Shown here in pieces: positions 1 to 13,544 of a stretch of 64,000 nt of DNA. The position numbers were made by a program, and so were the translations under genes. Source of the stretch: Lama guanicoe. Lineage: Eukaryota. How positions within the stretch are numbered: position 1 is the first letter of the stretch; every line of letters starts with the position of its first letter. Where the stretch lies: the NCBI GenBank assembly GCA_013239625.1, contig MU054323.1:12221694-12285693 (forward strand), written 5' to 3'. Below the pieces are notes generated by a model, which saw only the letters and a program-made list of their open reading frames with translations, ran no database searches and was not told the origin of the DNA.

Positions 1-45
1 ATTGACACCATGATGTAAACTGGCTATACTTCAATAAATAAATAC
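1..45 (+). mobile_element. L1 extreme 3' tail (cut by window edge)
   Basis: tgtaaactggctatacttcaataaataaata matches the L1 3' end motif also seen at 16297, 34720 and 39191. Confidence 0.65.
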
Positions 46-1579
46 TAGTAAACAATTAAAAGCTTTAGGCACTGGGTAACATGTCATGCCCAGCATTTTG
101 GATGCCCTCGGTGTCAGGAACAGATGAAGCCTCAAGTTGCTGGTCAGAGCAGCCACGAGCAAAATCGGCTCCAGTTTTCCTTGGTAGGAGGCACTGGAAC
201 AGCCAAACAGGCTGAGGGGGGAAGCCAGGCCCAGAGTGCACTCTCACTGGCTCGAAAGAGCTGTTTATGCAACCCTTCATGGCCTTCAAGTCTTCTCCCA
301 CCCTGAATGCACAGGCTGTGGGTGAGTGCTAGTTTATAGGCACGACTGATTCCAATCTCTTACTTGTCATCTCCTAATGTTTTATGATGTGTTGAGAAGA
401 CCTCTGGCAAAAAATCTCTGTTTAAATGCCTTTTATTATTTTCTTGTTTGTGATGTATCAGGCCAGAGGATGTGTGTAACCTGATCAACCTAGTAAAAAT
501 TTTAATCCGTTCTATTTTTATGGCCTTCCAGGAAAAATCCATTTAGGGGAAAAGTAATGAGTTTCAGAACTAATTCTCAAACATCCTATCAACATGTTAC
601 CAAAAATGGGCCCCAGCTTTGTCAGGGGTCTCACCCCGTCTAAGTTTTCCTAATTCTTTTTGTTTAGAACGTCGTGTGTTGGAGCACTTAGGAAGCAAGA
701 GACTTGAGCGGTGGAGGGGTGAAGGGTTCACGGAGAGTGTGTGTGTCTGTGTGGGGGAGGAATGGAGGAAGACTTCAGAGTTGAGGGCTGTTAGGATGCC
801 ATTTTCTAGGATCTTTAGCCCACTGAAACTAAAGGTCTTGCTTGCTACCAGATCTCTCAAAATAGTAAGCACAGCTAGAGTCACAATCTCCCTTGGGTCT
901 CACGGTAAGTTGGTGCGGTAGGTATACACATGCTACAACCTCACTTTCCAGACAGGGGAGCTAAAGCTGGGAAAAGCTAAATGACAGCTTAATGAGCATC
1001 AGCTTTGCCCTGGTCACTTCTGCCCTCCATATCTACTTTGGTTCCTGCCCTGTGCCTAGGCCAAATTACCTTCTGCATAGAAGACTGCTTCCTGATATAA
1101 ACATCCCCCTGCCTCTACTCAAATAGCCTGGGAACCAAAGGAGAGGACACTTGAAAGCAATATACACAAGAGCTGCAGCATCATTCCATGTTTAACATCT
1201 TCCGTCTAGTGATTCTTACCTCCTTTCTATCTCACTCCCAAGATCGTTAACGTACACTTGGGATCACTTCACTAGTGCGGGAACACCCATCTGTAATTCC
1301 ACTACTTTCTCTCTCACTTAAAGAAGAGCATAGCAAAATCCAGGTAAGAGTGATATTAAATCATCTCTAACTCGTCTTCATGTAAGTCATTCAAAACATT
1401 CCATTATTAGTAATAACAAATTATTAGTAGTACAAATTACTTATAATATAGTTTCAAACTGTCACCATAAGTGACACCTCCATCCCTGTGATAACCACTT
1501 ACTCTTTTTCACGTCTACTACTGTTTTCTATCCACAACCACCCAGACTTACTTTTATCTACCAAACTCTCAGCATTTCA

Positions 1580-1870
1580 TGAGGGTAAAGAGCATGAGAT
1601 TTGGAGTCAGACATAGTTGTTTTCACATCCTGGCTCTGACATTTGCTAATGGTATGTCCTTGGCAGGTTGCTAAATTTCTCTAAGACTCAGTTTTCTCAT
1701 ACGTAAAATGGAGATAATAAAAGTATCTGCCTCATATGCTACTCTGAAAATTAAGTGAAAATTAGATAGATGGACTGATCGATTCATAAATTCGATATTG
1801 AGTATGCAAATTATCACAATGTCTGGCATACATTAACCTCTGAATAAATCATAACTATTATTTTTATTAC
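1580..1870 (+). mobile_element. MIR SINE
   Basis: ttggagtcagac...ctcagttttctcatacgtaaaatggagataataa core, with A/T-rich tail. Confidence 0.8.
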
Positions 1871-2974
1871 TTTATCCTATATCTATCCAATCCACTTCCT
1901 CTACTCTCCTTTTCTTCAAGTTTTCATGGGCCTGTTTACTGTGGACAGTAGCTTATGTTCTGAACTCTTTGGTAAAGAAAACAACAAGATACTATGAGCA
2001 GAATTGGAATGGAAGCCTAATCAAATTAATCAACACTTAAATCATTTTCCCTGCAACCCAGCCATCCTAAATTAACTGGGCTTACCTTATCAAGAGATAT
2101 ATTAATAATAGGGATGGACTGTGAGTTTAGTCATCAGTATTCATTGGTGCACTGGTGAAGCCATAGCTCCCCTCTCCATTTTAAAGACCACTTACCCATT
2201 TGGCCATTTACTGGGTTAGTTTCCTAGACTTATGGAAAGACTACCTAGAAGCCAAGTCCTAGCTACTCTCTGCTTCCTCTCTACTCACCAGCATCAGCAT
2301 TTCTGATCTGCTCCCAAGCATTTGCTGAGTCACTGCCCAAAGAGAGGGAAGCTGCCCCAGCTACCAAGATTGCTTCAAGAACACTAACTGAGGTCAGACC
2401 ACGCGTCTGCCTTCAGATAATACCAAGAGAAGAAAGAGACCTGCCCCATGGAGGAGGCCATACACAGAAGTGCGTCAGAGGAACCCCAATGGTGAATGAC
2501 TCTCACACTGTGAATTCCAACACCATAAGTGCAAGTGTAATAACAAGAGCTAAATCAGTAACAGACAAGGCAAAAGCCCAATAAAACATGAGATCATCTC
2601 AGGATCATATGTTAGTGAATCATTAAAGGAGTCATGGGATTCTACCAGAGGAGTTAGCTATAGTTATTCTATCAGCTGTCAAATCCATTTTTAAAATCTT
2701 AAATCTGACACTGATCTTCACTGCTCACTAAAAATCTATAATGGTGCCACCCTGTCTTACAAGGGATTCCTGTTCAGTATTCTCTGTATCAAAAAGTGAC
2801 GATACGCTATGTTATCTCAGCTGGTGCCCCAGGGCCACTCTCTTTCTCGGTTGACTCTTCAGCCCAGTTCTGCAATCATCACTCCAGACTTTTTCCATTC
2901 TCTTTTAAGCCCTCAAGTAGAAACACCACAATCCCACATCCCCCCCAAATACACAGATGACCTGGCATTCTATT

Positions 2975-3980
2975 AGGAGGTTTTGTGAACTGTGAAGCTT
3001 ATATAATTTGGGGAGAAGAGCTCTTTACGGAGTAGAATATAAAATTATGAATACAATATTTTTATTCATAAGAATAACACAAAGCACATTTTTTAAAGGT
3101 GGAAAATACCATGTCATTATAATATATAGAAAAATTATATAATGTCTTTAGTAATTAACTGCCTGACATACCTCTATATTTTTCTTACAATTTTTTGCCT
3201 GCATATTCTGTGATCATCTCTTCATATGATAATGGCTTTCTAAAACCATTTTTTATAGAAAGAACAGAAAGGTAATTATATTCCCTTTAGCATGGTTGAT
3301 CAAAACTTGTGGGTTTTTTCAACTGATATTTTAGAAAACTTCTTTCGATTTCCTAATTCTGTTACTGGTGATGTCAGGTAAATTTTTAGGATCATTGTCA
3401 AATTTAGAAACTCTAGTGAGTTTCTTTCATATATAAGCTATAAGATACAAGAGAAATTTCCATAGACTAGTTTATTTTTCAAACTTTGTTTCTCCCCCAC
3501 TATCCACATACTTCTGATGCCAAACACTGTAGAAAATATTCATGTTGGATTATGACTTTTTGCCCCCATACCTTCATCATGATGCTAGGTTAAATCAGCT
3601 CAGTGAGCTAGATGTATTCCTGGATGCCATTCCTACCCCAGGATTGCTAGAAATGACCTAACTATATACAGAAGTGAATAAGAACAAAATAAACATATCC
3701 CACTAAGCCCAAATTAAATATATCCCAAACTTACTTCCCCATCGCCAGATCCTCAAAATGCCCTCCACACTCCAATGCCAATTCACATGAGGGAAAAGTA
3801 TGACTAAGAGGGAGCTGGAGTAGAAAGAGAAAGCAATCTCAATCAAGTACATTTTAAATATTGTACTTCTGCAAATTTTGTAAAAATATGTGAACATACT
3901 GCTAGAAAAGGGAAGACCCCATGAAAGTAAGGGGTTCTGAAGCTTTAAGTGTCATTAAATTCATGGTAAATCCACCTCTG
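2975..3980. mobile_element. hAT DNA transposon remnant with MER53-like termini, inside L2 fragments
   Basis: Left end ggttttgtg...gaagcttatataatttgggag and right end ctgaagctttaag...catggtaaatccacctctg resemble the MER53 ends; L2-like sequence on both flanks. Confidence 0.6.
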
Positions 3981-4459
3981 TCTCCTAAGGAATTTGAAGT
4001 CATCCTACGTGAACTTCCTCAATTCCTCTCCCTTCTTTTTCAAAATGTTTCCATATCTTAAGCTGTCCTCTGACTGTTCCTTTTGTTTCCGGAGAAAAAG
4101 CATACCAAGCTATTTGTAACACCAACCCTTCCATTTAATCCCATCTCTGCTGAGCTCTTGCCCTGTCAGTTCCCCCCTCTTTTTTTATCTCCCCCTTCCC
4201 TGCTCTAGTAGCTTCTTTGACTAAGCCTGGAAATACACCAAAGTCCCAGGACAACTTAAGGTGTTTAAAGTGTGCTCTTCATCTTATCCACATATCTGCT
4301 CTTTCTTTGTGTTCTTCCTTTTTATTATGACTTTCATAATCATCCTAGACCCACAGGCTACAAGACTATGACATCTTTTACTCCCATATGAAAACTTTTG
4401 CTAGGTTTGGTCAAGTACAGTATCTATCTTATCAGACCCCCCCCCCCAGTTTTTATATG

Positions 4460-5480
4460 GCCCATGTACAGTAAACAAACAAGGTTCCCTAGTCTCTAGT
4501 CTTCCTGCTCTCTTACCCAGCTAAATGCTGGGTTGACAGAGTGGACAGCTTGAGCCCAGGCACATGTTATCTTTGCTCCCAGAGATGAATGCCAAGCAAC
4601 AATAGCACTTGGCTGGCTCTCCACTTCTCTAGTGTTTTTTAAATTTCTACTAATTGTGTGTGTGTGTGTGTGTGTGTGTGTTTCATTTATGGCTCATAAA
4701 ATGTATTCCTCATTTGTGTTAGGAAAGGTTAAGAATTTGGCTTCGTGTATGACCATTTTGGCAATCTCCAAACTGCATTAATAGGTCATAGGAATACTTT
4801 TTGTTGTTGCTGTTGAGTTAGAGAAGATAGAGAATTTGTTTGTTTGTCTATTTGCCTATTTTGAGCTCAAACCAGTCAAGAATTTCATGCTCACTGGGAA
4901 AGAGAACAGCTCTTTGATATCTAGACCAGAGTGCATTGGTATCTCTGTGTCAACTCTTGACTGATGGCTAAAACTACAGAATTGAAGCTTTAAGCTTTCC
5001 ATCCATATGTCTATGTGTCTATAATTCTGATAGTCTTCTACCTCTCTTTGTGAGTGTATAATGTTTTCCTAACTCCCAAGGATATTGATAAATTAGATAA
5101 TGAAGAGTCTTAAAGAGTTCTGTGTGATTAATTACACAAGACATAAATAAGACCAGGAGCCCTAGGCTATTTGAGGGACCTCAAGAAGAGAGGAATTCAA
5201 ATTTATAGATACTGTGGGTGAAATCTGTTGGCGTTTAATGGCCCTGATTTCCTAGCTTCAAGATTCTAAATAACAGAGGCTTTTGAAACTCCAATCTAAG
5301 ATTCCTTTCAAAATTTTACAAATAAAAATTAATTTTGTAACTCTTCAATACTGTATGGCTCTTGATTTGGCAAAGCAAATCTGAGGAGGCCTGTATAGCA
5401 AATTAACACTCTTGCTTCACCTATGATAACCAAGCTAAATCTAATGAGTCAGATTTATTTTGTGATAATTTTTCTCTCTC
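4460..5480 (+). mobile_element. Degraded ERV1-class internal fragment
   Basis: Motifs such as gggacctcaagaagagaggaattca and tatgtctatgtgtc resemble MER4-group internal sequence; no ORF. Confidence 0.4.
4656..4682. repeat. (TG)n microsatellite
   Basis: Direct observation. Confidence 0.95.
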
Positions 5481-5819
5481 TTTTTTCAACATTATTATGA
5501 TCACAAGGTGAGGAAATTACCAGAAATTTTTGCAAAAACTTGGAAATGAAGAGAAAAAGATTAGAGTGTGTTTTGCCTAGGTCACCAGGTTAACTTAGAC
5601 TTTCCATGTCTTTGAGCTATTTTACAACTCTGTAAATTGTAGGTAAATAATAGAAATGCAAATGGTACTTTTCCATAGTGATGCAAATTGTCTAGTGAAG
5701 ATGCTGTTGATTCCCAGAAACTTCTCCTCAACCTTTGCAGAAAAAGCCAGTTTTCAAATTTCAGAATTTTTAAAATTGAAGCGTAATTAACAAATAATAT
5801 TAAAAATTTAGACTTTTTT

Positions 5820-6165
5820 TCTGGCTACTTTTGCATGTCTCCTTTTCCATCTAAATATTAGAATTAGCTTATATGGCTTTTTAAAATTATTTTGACATTT
5901 TCACTGGGGTTGCATTAAGTTCATAGATTAATTTACAAATTATATCTTTGTGAAAAACAGAAAATAAAACCAAATTATATCTTAATGAAGTTGAGTTTTA
6001 ATATCCAAGAAACTCCACCAGATTTCCATTTATTCAAGTCTCCTTTTTAGTGTCCCTCAATAGCATTTAAAATTTTCTTTTCATGGGGCTTGTACTTTTC
6101 TCGTTAAGCTTATTTCTGGGCATTTTATTGTATTTGCTATTACTGTAAATGGGACTGTTTCTTCC
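5820..6165 (-). mobile_element. Old L1 ORF2 fragment
   Basis: gaattagcttat...ttcactggggttgcattaag...ttccatttattcaagtct, typical antisense L1M ORF2. Confidence 0.65.
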
Positions 6166-6519
6166 AGCCCCAGAAATGTGATTCATAATTAATTTAAGCC
6201 AAGCAGGATGGTACCATTTATCTTCCCAGTCCATACTCCTCTGGATAACTGAGACATGAGAAGGAGATGTGAAGGAGAAAGGTTATCTTCACTGATCTCA
6301 CTGATCTGAAAAAAAGCACATGGAAAGGAACAGACCCTATCCTCCTTTTTTTTTTTTTTAATAAATCGAGTTCTGTTTTCTGTAACATGCAGTTATACAT
6401 AATCCTTTATCTCATTACACTTAACCCTTCATTTCTTTAGGCAGTCTATAAGCTCCCCATAATGAGCAATGATATTAGTACATTTCCCTTCAGGTGTGGT
6501 ATTCAGACATACAGTCCGC

Positions 6520-6904
6520 TATGGAAATAAATGAAGCTCAGCCAGATGAGAACAGGCAAGGCTATTTATTCAGAGCTTGCTGTAGCAAAGGAGCCAGTCA
6601 CCATCCCTTGTGTTTTGCAGAGACTCAAAGGCTGTCAGAGAAGTGGGGAAAGCTTTATCATGGAGAAAAGGGAAGCCTTAAGCCCTAGTTGAAAGCTATC
6701 GGTGGAGAAGTTTAGGTGCACTAGCTAGAAGTGGGACATCATACATGACTGGTTAGGAGTACACAGTTGGCTCTTTCTGGATGTCTGAAGTGGGGTTACT
6801 GTGGATAATGGGCTGGTTTCCTGGAGCAGTTATGGCAGCTTGTGGGTCAGATTCTATTTGTATATACACTCTGGCCATTTTGTGTTTGAATATTCAGTCT
6901 CTCA
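6520..6904 (-). mobile_element. Solo LTR, ERV1-like
   Basis: Minus strand begins TGAGAGACTGAATATTCAAAC, has AATAAA near its end, and has a candidate 4-bp TSD ccgc/ctgc. Confidence 0.6.
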
Positions 6905-7237
6905 CTGCTACAACTGTAGTGGTGGCTCAAATACTAATATACTTCCATAATAGGCTCCAGTGTGCCCTCCCTACCACTCTTCTGGACCCCCAAGCCCCCC
7001 ATGCAACAAAAGGACCAATGTCTGACGTGGCAGATGACTGCCAAGATCCTACTCCTGTAATAGCCAGTGTCCATTCTGACTGCGGGGGCGCAAGTGCCTT
7101 ACTGGTTGTTACATAACATTTTAAATATCACTCCTACTTCTACTTCCTCTTACCTTCTATCTTCCCTTCCCTTTTCCCCACCACCAAATTTTAGTAGATC
7201 ATATTATTCCCTTAGTTCTCCCAGTATTTACTTTTAG

Positions 7238-7720
7238 ACTATGGTAGATTATATTCATGGCACCAATTCTTCACCTCCTTCTACAACCATTCCTCTTGCC
7301 CTGGGACTTGGCAATTCCTTCCACATAATAGGTAGAGTCTCTTCTCTTTGAATCTAGAGTTGGCCATGTGACTTACTCTAGCCAATAGAATGTTAGCAGA
7401 GTTGATGCAAGCAGAAGCTTGAAAAAATATTTGTATGCTTCTGTGCTCTCTCTCTCTTTTTATTTATTTACCACCAGAATATGACCAGGCTAGCCTGCTG
7501 GAGGAATGTGACAGGCACATGCAGGTGAGTTGAGTTGTCCCATCCAAAGTCATTGTAGACCAACTAGACACCAGCCAACTAGCTAGTTGACCAGAGACAC
7601 ATGAGAAAGCCCAGCTCAGATTAGCAGAATGACCCAACTAATGCATAAATTCATGAGAAATGATAAATAGTTATTTTAAATTTCTAAGTTGTACAGTAAT
7701 ATGTTGCACAGTAATATGCA
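7238..7720 (+). mobile_element. MaLR LTR (MLT1H-like)
   Basis: ggccatgtgacttactctagccaatagaatgttagcaga hallmark; ends ...ttattttaaatttctaagtt...gttgcacagtaata. Confidence 0.75.
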
Positions 7721-8479
7721 TATGCATTTACAAGTACTTAGATGGTTTTTACTGGATTTTAATATATCTTGACCCTTATAAAAAGATAATCATTATATTT
7801 ACCATACCTGCTACCTTCTCTTCCTCAACTTTTATCAGTTCTATCATTCTACAAGTTCTACATCATCTTCCCTAAATACTTCGGTTTTCTTTGAGCATTG
7901 TGAATATTTCAATAACTTCTTTGAAATCTTGGTGACATGTTTAATCACTATTTTTATCTAGTGAGTGTCAATATTTTTCTTTGGAAGGTCATCTTTCATC
8001 AGTTTTTCCTGTTTTTTCCTCACTTTTTTCTTATAACATAAGTTGCATCTGTCTTGGCCTTTTTTATGATTATTCATTTTGAATGACATGAGTTCTTCCT
8101 GGACTAGCAACTTTCAGGAAATTTTAGTTAGGGAGGTTCAAAGGTAGTTCTGAGCTAAGAGGTATTTGCCCTGAATCTTAGTGTAGTTTCTTATAACACA
8201 ATGTGTGTGTGAATGTGTGTGTATGAGTGTATATATTTCCCATGAGAATGCATTGTCTACATTTTTCCTATTCAGTGCCATCTCCTCTCCCTCCTTCCCA
8301 CCATGGCTTGTACATTCACACCATGGTACCAACAAGGTCCTGGGAGGTACCTTTCTCCAGCTGGGTCACCCTATTTCCATTGTCACAAACCAAGTATGGT
8401 TGGCTTTGCTTTTCATGTATCTCAGCTACTTTGGAAAACAGCCCTTGTCTGAGATCTGCAGCTGGTCATAATCTACTTG

Positions 8480-9880
8480 AGAACCTTTCCGGATACTATC
8501 AATATTTTAACTGAATGTACCTCTACTTAAATTTGTTGTGAATCTAATATGTTTGAAATTAACTCCGTTATTTTATTTTGTGCATTTATTTGTTCCACTT
8601 TCTCTATGTTTCTTTTTTTTGAGGGGATTTTTTCCTCATTTCTTTTTTCTCCTCTACTGGTTTTGAAATCATGTTTTCTATTTCTTTGTTTAAGCAATTA
8701 AATTTAAAAATTTTATGTGCATACTTAACAAAGCCAACATTGCTACCCTTTTTCTGAACAGGATATTGGAATGTTTTAATTCCAGTCACTTCTTCCAGTC
8801 TAGTTGCTATTGTAGTCTGGCATTTTCATTATTGCATTTATCTAACTCCAAAAATTAAACATTTAATTGTTTTATATAATTGCTGTCCATTTAGAATAAC
8901 CAACATGACATTCTTGGCTCACTACTCATTCTGACAGTTCAAACCTTCCTTTTCAGATTATTTTCTTTTTCCTGAATACATCCCTGGGAAGTTTCTTTAG
9001 TGAAACCTAGTGATGATAAGGTCTCCGTTTTTGTGTGTCTGAAAATTTCTTTTATTTCACCTTTAATTTTGAAAGACTATTTTCCTGGATATACAATTCA
9101 AGCGGACTGTTACTTGCTTTCAGCACTTTGAAGATACTATTTTATCATCTCTGGCATCCATTAATGTCAGGTTTCAATTTAACTGTCATTCTTATACATG
9201 CAATTTGTCTTTTATTTCTGGCTGTTTTTAAGATCTTAACTTTGTGGCTGATATTCTCATTTTTACTAGAATGTGTCCAGGTATAGACTTCATTTTACTT
9301 ATCCTGTTTAGGATTGGTTATAATTCCTGACTCTGTAAATGTACATCTTTAATTAATTCTGGAAAATTCATTCTCTCTTTGAATATAGCGTCTCTCCCAT
9401 TATCTCTGTTTTCTTTTTCTGGGACTCCAATTAGATACATGTTATACTTGCCCATTCCTTTTATCTTAACCTCTTTCATATTGTCCATCTCTTCATCTCC
9501 TGCAGCTTTCCGAATTGTTTCTTTAAGTCTTTCTCTCAGTTCAGTAATTTTCTATATCTATATATAATCTTTTTAACATTTATATTTAGCATTCTATTTC
9601 AATTGCATCTTATTCTTTAAAGAAAAATGTAATTTGATCCCTTTTCAAATTTGGTCACTTTTTAGTAGTCCCTTTTTCCTTATTCATATTTTTAAATTCT
9701 TCTTTCATTTCTTTAAAAGTAGTAAACCTTCTTTTTATATTCTGCATCTGATGTTGTTAATATCTGTTGGTCTGGTCTTACATTTTGTTGTTTTTGCTGA
9801 CTCTCATTTATAGAGATTGATTTTCCTGTGTGTTTAATGATATGTGTGTGTGTGATCTCATGTTCTTTGGAAATTTATCT
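8480..9880 (-). mobile_element. Old L1M fragment (ORF1 to inter-ORF region)
   Basis: T-rich; tctgaaaatttctttatttcacc...cagcactttgaagat...tctgggactccaattagatacatgtta. Confidence 0.7.
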
Positions 9881-9889
9881 CTAGACTAT

Positions 9890-10095
9890 TACACACATGA
9901 TTACAATTTATTATAGCTAAAAGATAGAGATTAAAATCAGCAAAGGTCATATGGCTGATCTTAGTTACTCAGTTCCTAGCCCCTTCAGATGTGAAACTGA
10001 TACCACATGTCCCAACACACCCACCATAAGTCACATTTTCAGTATAAACTGGTGTGGCTTTAAGACCTAGGTAAATAAAGACAGGCAGGATATGT
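9890..10095 (-). mobile_element. LTR fragment (MER21-like)
   Basis: gattaaaatcagcaaagg...aactgataccacatgtccc...cccaccataagtcacatt. Confidence 0.5.
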
Positions 10096-11485
10096 CCAAC
10101 TTGTCAGAAGAGAACAAAAGAAGAAATAGAAGAAAATAGAAGGCTTGAGCAACATTATAAGCCAACTAATAATAACAGACATCTATAAAACATCCCACTC
10201 AACAATAGCAAAATACACATTCACCCAAGTGTACATGAAACATTCTCTAGAAGAAAATAATATCACATTCTATTGTATTTCACTTCATTGCACTTCACAG
10301 TTATCATGTTTTTTTACAAATTGAAGGCTTGTGGCAATCCTGTGTGGAGCAAGTATACAGCACCACACTTCTAACAGCATTTGCTCACCTCGTGTCTCTG
10401 TGTCACATTTTGGTAATTCTCACAATATTTCAAATTGTTTCATAATTGTTATGTTTGTGATGGTGATACGTGATCCGTGATCTTTGATGTTACTATTGTA
10501 ACTGCGGATGTAGTAGATAGAGCAAGAGAACAAAAGAAGTGGAGCCTGAAGGTGGGACTGAATTGCTGCAATCTCATGATTAAAATTTAACAGATGAGGA
10601 GTTACTTCCTGTGAATGAACAAAGAAAGTGGTTTCTGGAGCAGGAAACTACTCCTGATGAAAATGCAATTAAGAATGTTGAAATGACAACAGAAGACTTA
10701 GAATATTAGGTAAACTTGATAAAGTTGTGTCAGGGTTTGAGAAGATTGACTCCAATTGTGAAAGAAGTTCTACCAAACAGCATTACATGCTACAGTGGAA
10801 TCATTTGTGAAAGAAAGAGTCAATCAATGCAGAACTTCACTGTCATCTTATTTTAAGAAATTAACACAGCCACCCCAACCTTTCGCAATGACCACCCTGA
10901 TCAGTCAGCAGCCATCAATACTGAGGCAAGACTTTCCAACAGTAAAGCTCACAACTCACTGAAGGCTCAGATGATGGTTAGCAAAGTATCTTCTAATTAA
11001 GGTATGTACCTTATTTTTCTAGACACAATGTTATTGCACACTTAATAAACTACAGTATAGTGTGAACCCAACTTTTATATGCACTAGGAAATCAGGAAAA
11101 TTGTGTGGCTCATCTTCTTGTGATACTTGCTTTATTGTGGTCATCTGGAACTAAACCTGCAATGTCTTTGAGGTATGCCACAAAACAAGCCTCAAAAATT
11201 TAAAGAGATTGAAATTATACAAAGCATGTTCTCTGACCACGATGAAGTTAAATTAGAAATCAACACAGTAGGAAATTTGAGAAACTGATAAATATGTGGA
11301 AATTAAATAATACACTCCAAAATAACCAATAAGTCAAAGTAGGTATCACAAGGGAAATTAGAATATACCTTGAGATAAATGAAAATGAAAAGAAACAATA
11401 TATGCAAATGTATGAGACACAGCTCAGAGGGAAATTTAAATACCTATATTAAAAAAGAAGAAAGATCTCAAATCAATTACCCAAT
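10096..11485 (+). mobile_element. Old L1 ORF2 (endonuclease region) interrupted by Tigger1
   Basis: acagacatctataaaacatcccactcaacaatagcaaaatacacattc before the Tigger1 and cacaaaacaagcctc...tgttctctgaccac after it are collinear L1 ORF2. Confidence 0.75.
10262..11180 (+). mobile_element. Tigger1 (TcMar) DNA transposon, internally deleted
   Basis: 5' ttattgc-like...tttttacaaattgaaggcttgtggcaa; 3' tggaactaaacctgcaatgtctttgaggtatgcc; transposase C-terminal remnant (gatgaggagttactt...gaacaaagaaagtggtt). Confidence 0.85.
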
Positions 11486-13047
11486 GTCTAGACTTGCGGC
11501 TCTGGCTTTGTTGGTCTATGGACAGATAGCAGCAGCCCTCCTGGCCTCTGCGCAACCTTCAGTGACCCCACTAGCTACAGAGTCATTCTTCCTTTTCCTT
11601 GATGAATAACATGTTTGCAGTAGAATAGTCCTATCAGCCTGTTTCTTGCTGATAGGAGTTTGGAAGACAGCCTTCTCTCATTGTGCCCTGTCTCTGTCCC
11701 CTTCAGTCCAAGCTAGCAATGTTTTTTCGAGGACAACATTCTCAAAAGCCTTGTGGGCCTCCTGTGTATGTCATGGGGGAGTCGCACCATGAGATAAGAG
11801 AGTCTCTGCAGGTACTTCCTGGATAACCTCACCTCTATTCCTAGTTTCTGCTGGGATGACTGATTGGGTCCATGAGTCACACGCTTATTCTCTTTAACAA
11901 AATGTTGCCAAGTCACATCCTTGGCCATCTCTCCAGAGCTTGCTTTCCCAACAATAAATTTCCTAATTTTAGCATCCTTTGCAATCTAGATAGGCCAAGA
12001 ACATCTCAAATCATCAAATGCTAGTTCTACTTTGTTTAACAAATTCTTCCTCAATTCATTTCATTTCTCTTATATTTTACTACAAACAACAAGAAGAAAC
12101 AAGGCTACACCTTTAATACTTTTGCTAAAATCTCCTCAGTTAAATACCCAAGTTCATTGCTTGTAAGTTCTGCCTTCCACCCAATAGAACACAATTCAAC
12201 CAAGTTTTCTGCCGCTTTATAACAAAGACTGCCTTTCCTCCAGTTTCCAAAATATGTTCTTCATTTTTTTCTGAAATTGCATCAGAAGCACCTTCAGGAT
12301 TCGTATTTTTACTGACATTCTGTTCATGATAATATATGCATTCTCCAAGATGAAAAAAAGCTTTCTCTATCATGCTTTTTCACTTTCTTCTGAACTCTCA
12401 ACAGAATTATTTTTAACATTCATATTTCTGGGCAACCCAGGCCTTTTCTATCATGCATCTCAATTTTCCTCTAGCCTCTACTCATCACTCAATTCCAAAT
12501 CCAACTCAACATGTTCAGACATTTATTATAGCAGCACCCCACTTTTCAGTACCAAAATCTGTATTAGTTTCCTAGGGGTGCCAAAACAAATTGCCACAAA
12601 TTTGGTGGCTTAAAACAATAGAAATGCATTCTGTCATAGCTCTGGAGTCCAGAAGTCTGAAATCAGGGTCTCAGCAGCACTGGTTCATTCTAGAGTCTGA
12701 AGGAGAATTCATTCCATGCTTCTTTCCTTCTTTCCTGTGGCTCTGCCTTCCCTTGACATTCCTTGGCTTGCAGATGCATCACTCCATGCTCTGCCTTCAT
12801 TATCACATGGCTTTCCCCATGTCTCCCTAAGTTTTTCTTTTTCTGACTCTTATAAGGATATTAATCATTAGATTTAAGGTACACACTAATCCAGGGAAAT
12901 CTTATCTTGAGATCCTTACCTTAGTTAGATCTGCAAGGCCCTTTCTCCAAATAAGGTCATGTTCTGAGGTTCTGGGTGAATTTATCCTTCGGGGGAAGAT
13001 AGGGAAAGATAGAGGGAAGATGGGGAAAACCATTCAGCAACACTACA
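11486..13047 (-). mobile_element. MaLR element: MLT1 LTR (12560-13047) plus adjoining internal region
   Basis: cagtaccaaaatc|tgtattagtttcctag internal/LTR junction; ggtggcttaaaacaatagaaat MLT1 hallmark; ends cactaca. Confidence 0.8.
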
Positions 13048-13544
13048 TTGTGCAACTCTAAATATACTACAATCATTACACTACATTATTTAAATGGGTG
13101 AACTTTGTGGTATGTGAATTATATCTCAATAAAGATGTTTTTTAAAAATATAATAGAATGATCTTTTTTGAACTTTTGGAAACATTAGTAGAACAATAAC
13201 CACATAAAAACATGTAAAAGTTATAAAAATACCTACTACTAAAACAAGCCACTGAGCCCAGAAAGATTTATAGAGAATATAAAAGGAGAAAATGTCCCAT
13301 CTCTTTCTAAAATCTAGGATAATTTTTATAACAACACAGACTAAGGATAGCACAGAAAGAAAACAATATTCTAATTTTACTCAAAACAAAGATGCAGATA
13401 AGAACTCCATGTGATCATCTCAACAGATTTTATAATCATTTAACAAAATTCTACATCTATTACTGATTTTTTAAAACCTTAAGTTAAAAAAGGATCTCTC
13501 GTAGAAAACTGGTAATATAGTAGAAGCATTTGTTTTAAAGTTAG

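Noticed and set aside
65..921. Cluster of 60-100 aa ORFs and splice-like sites at the window start
   Set aside because: No recognisable protein, ORFs overlap on both strands, and the only chainable intron would be ~60 nt
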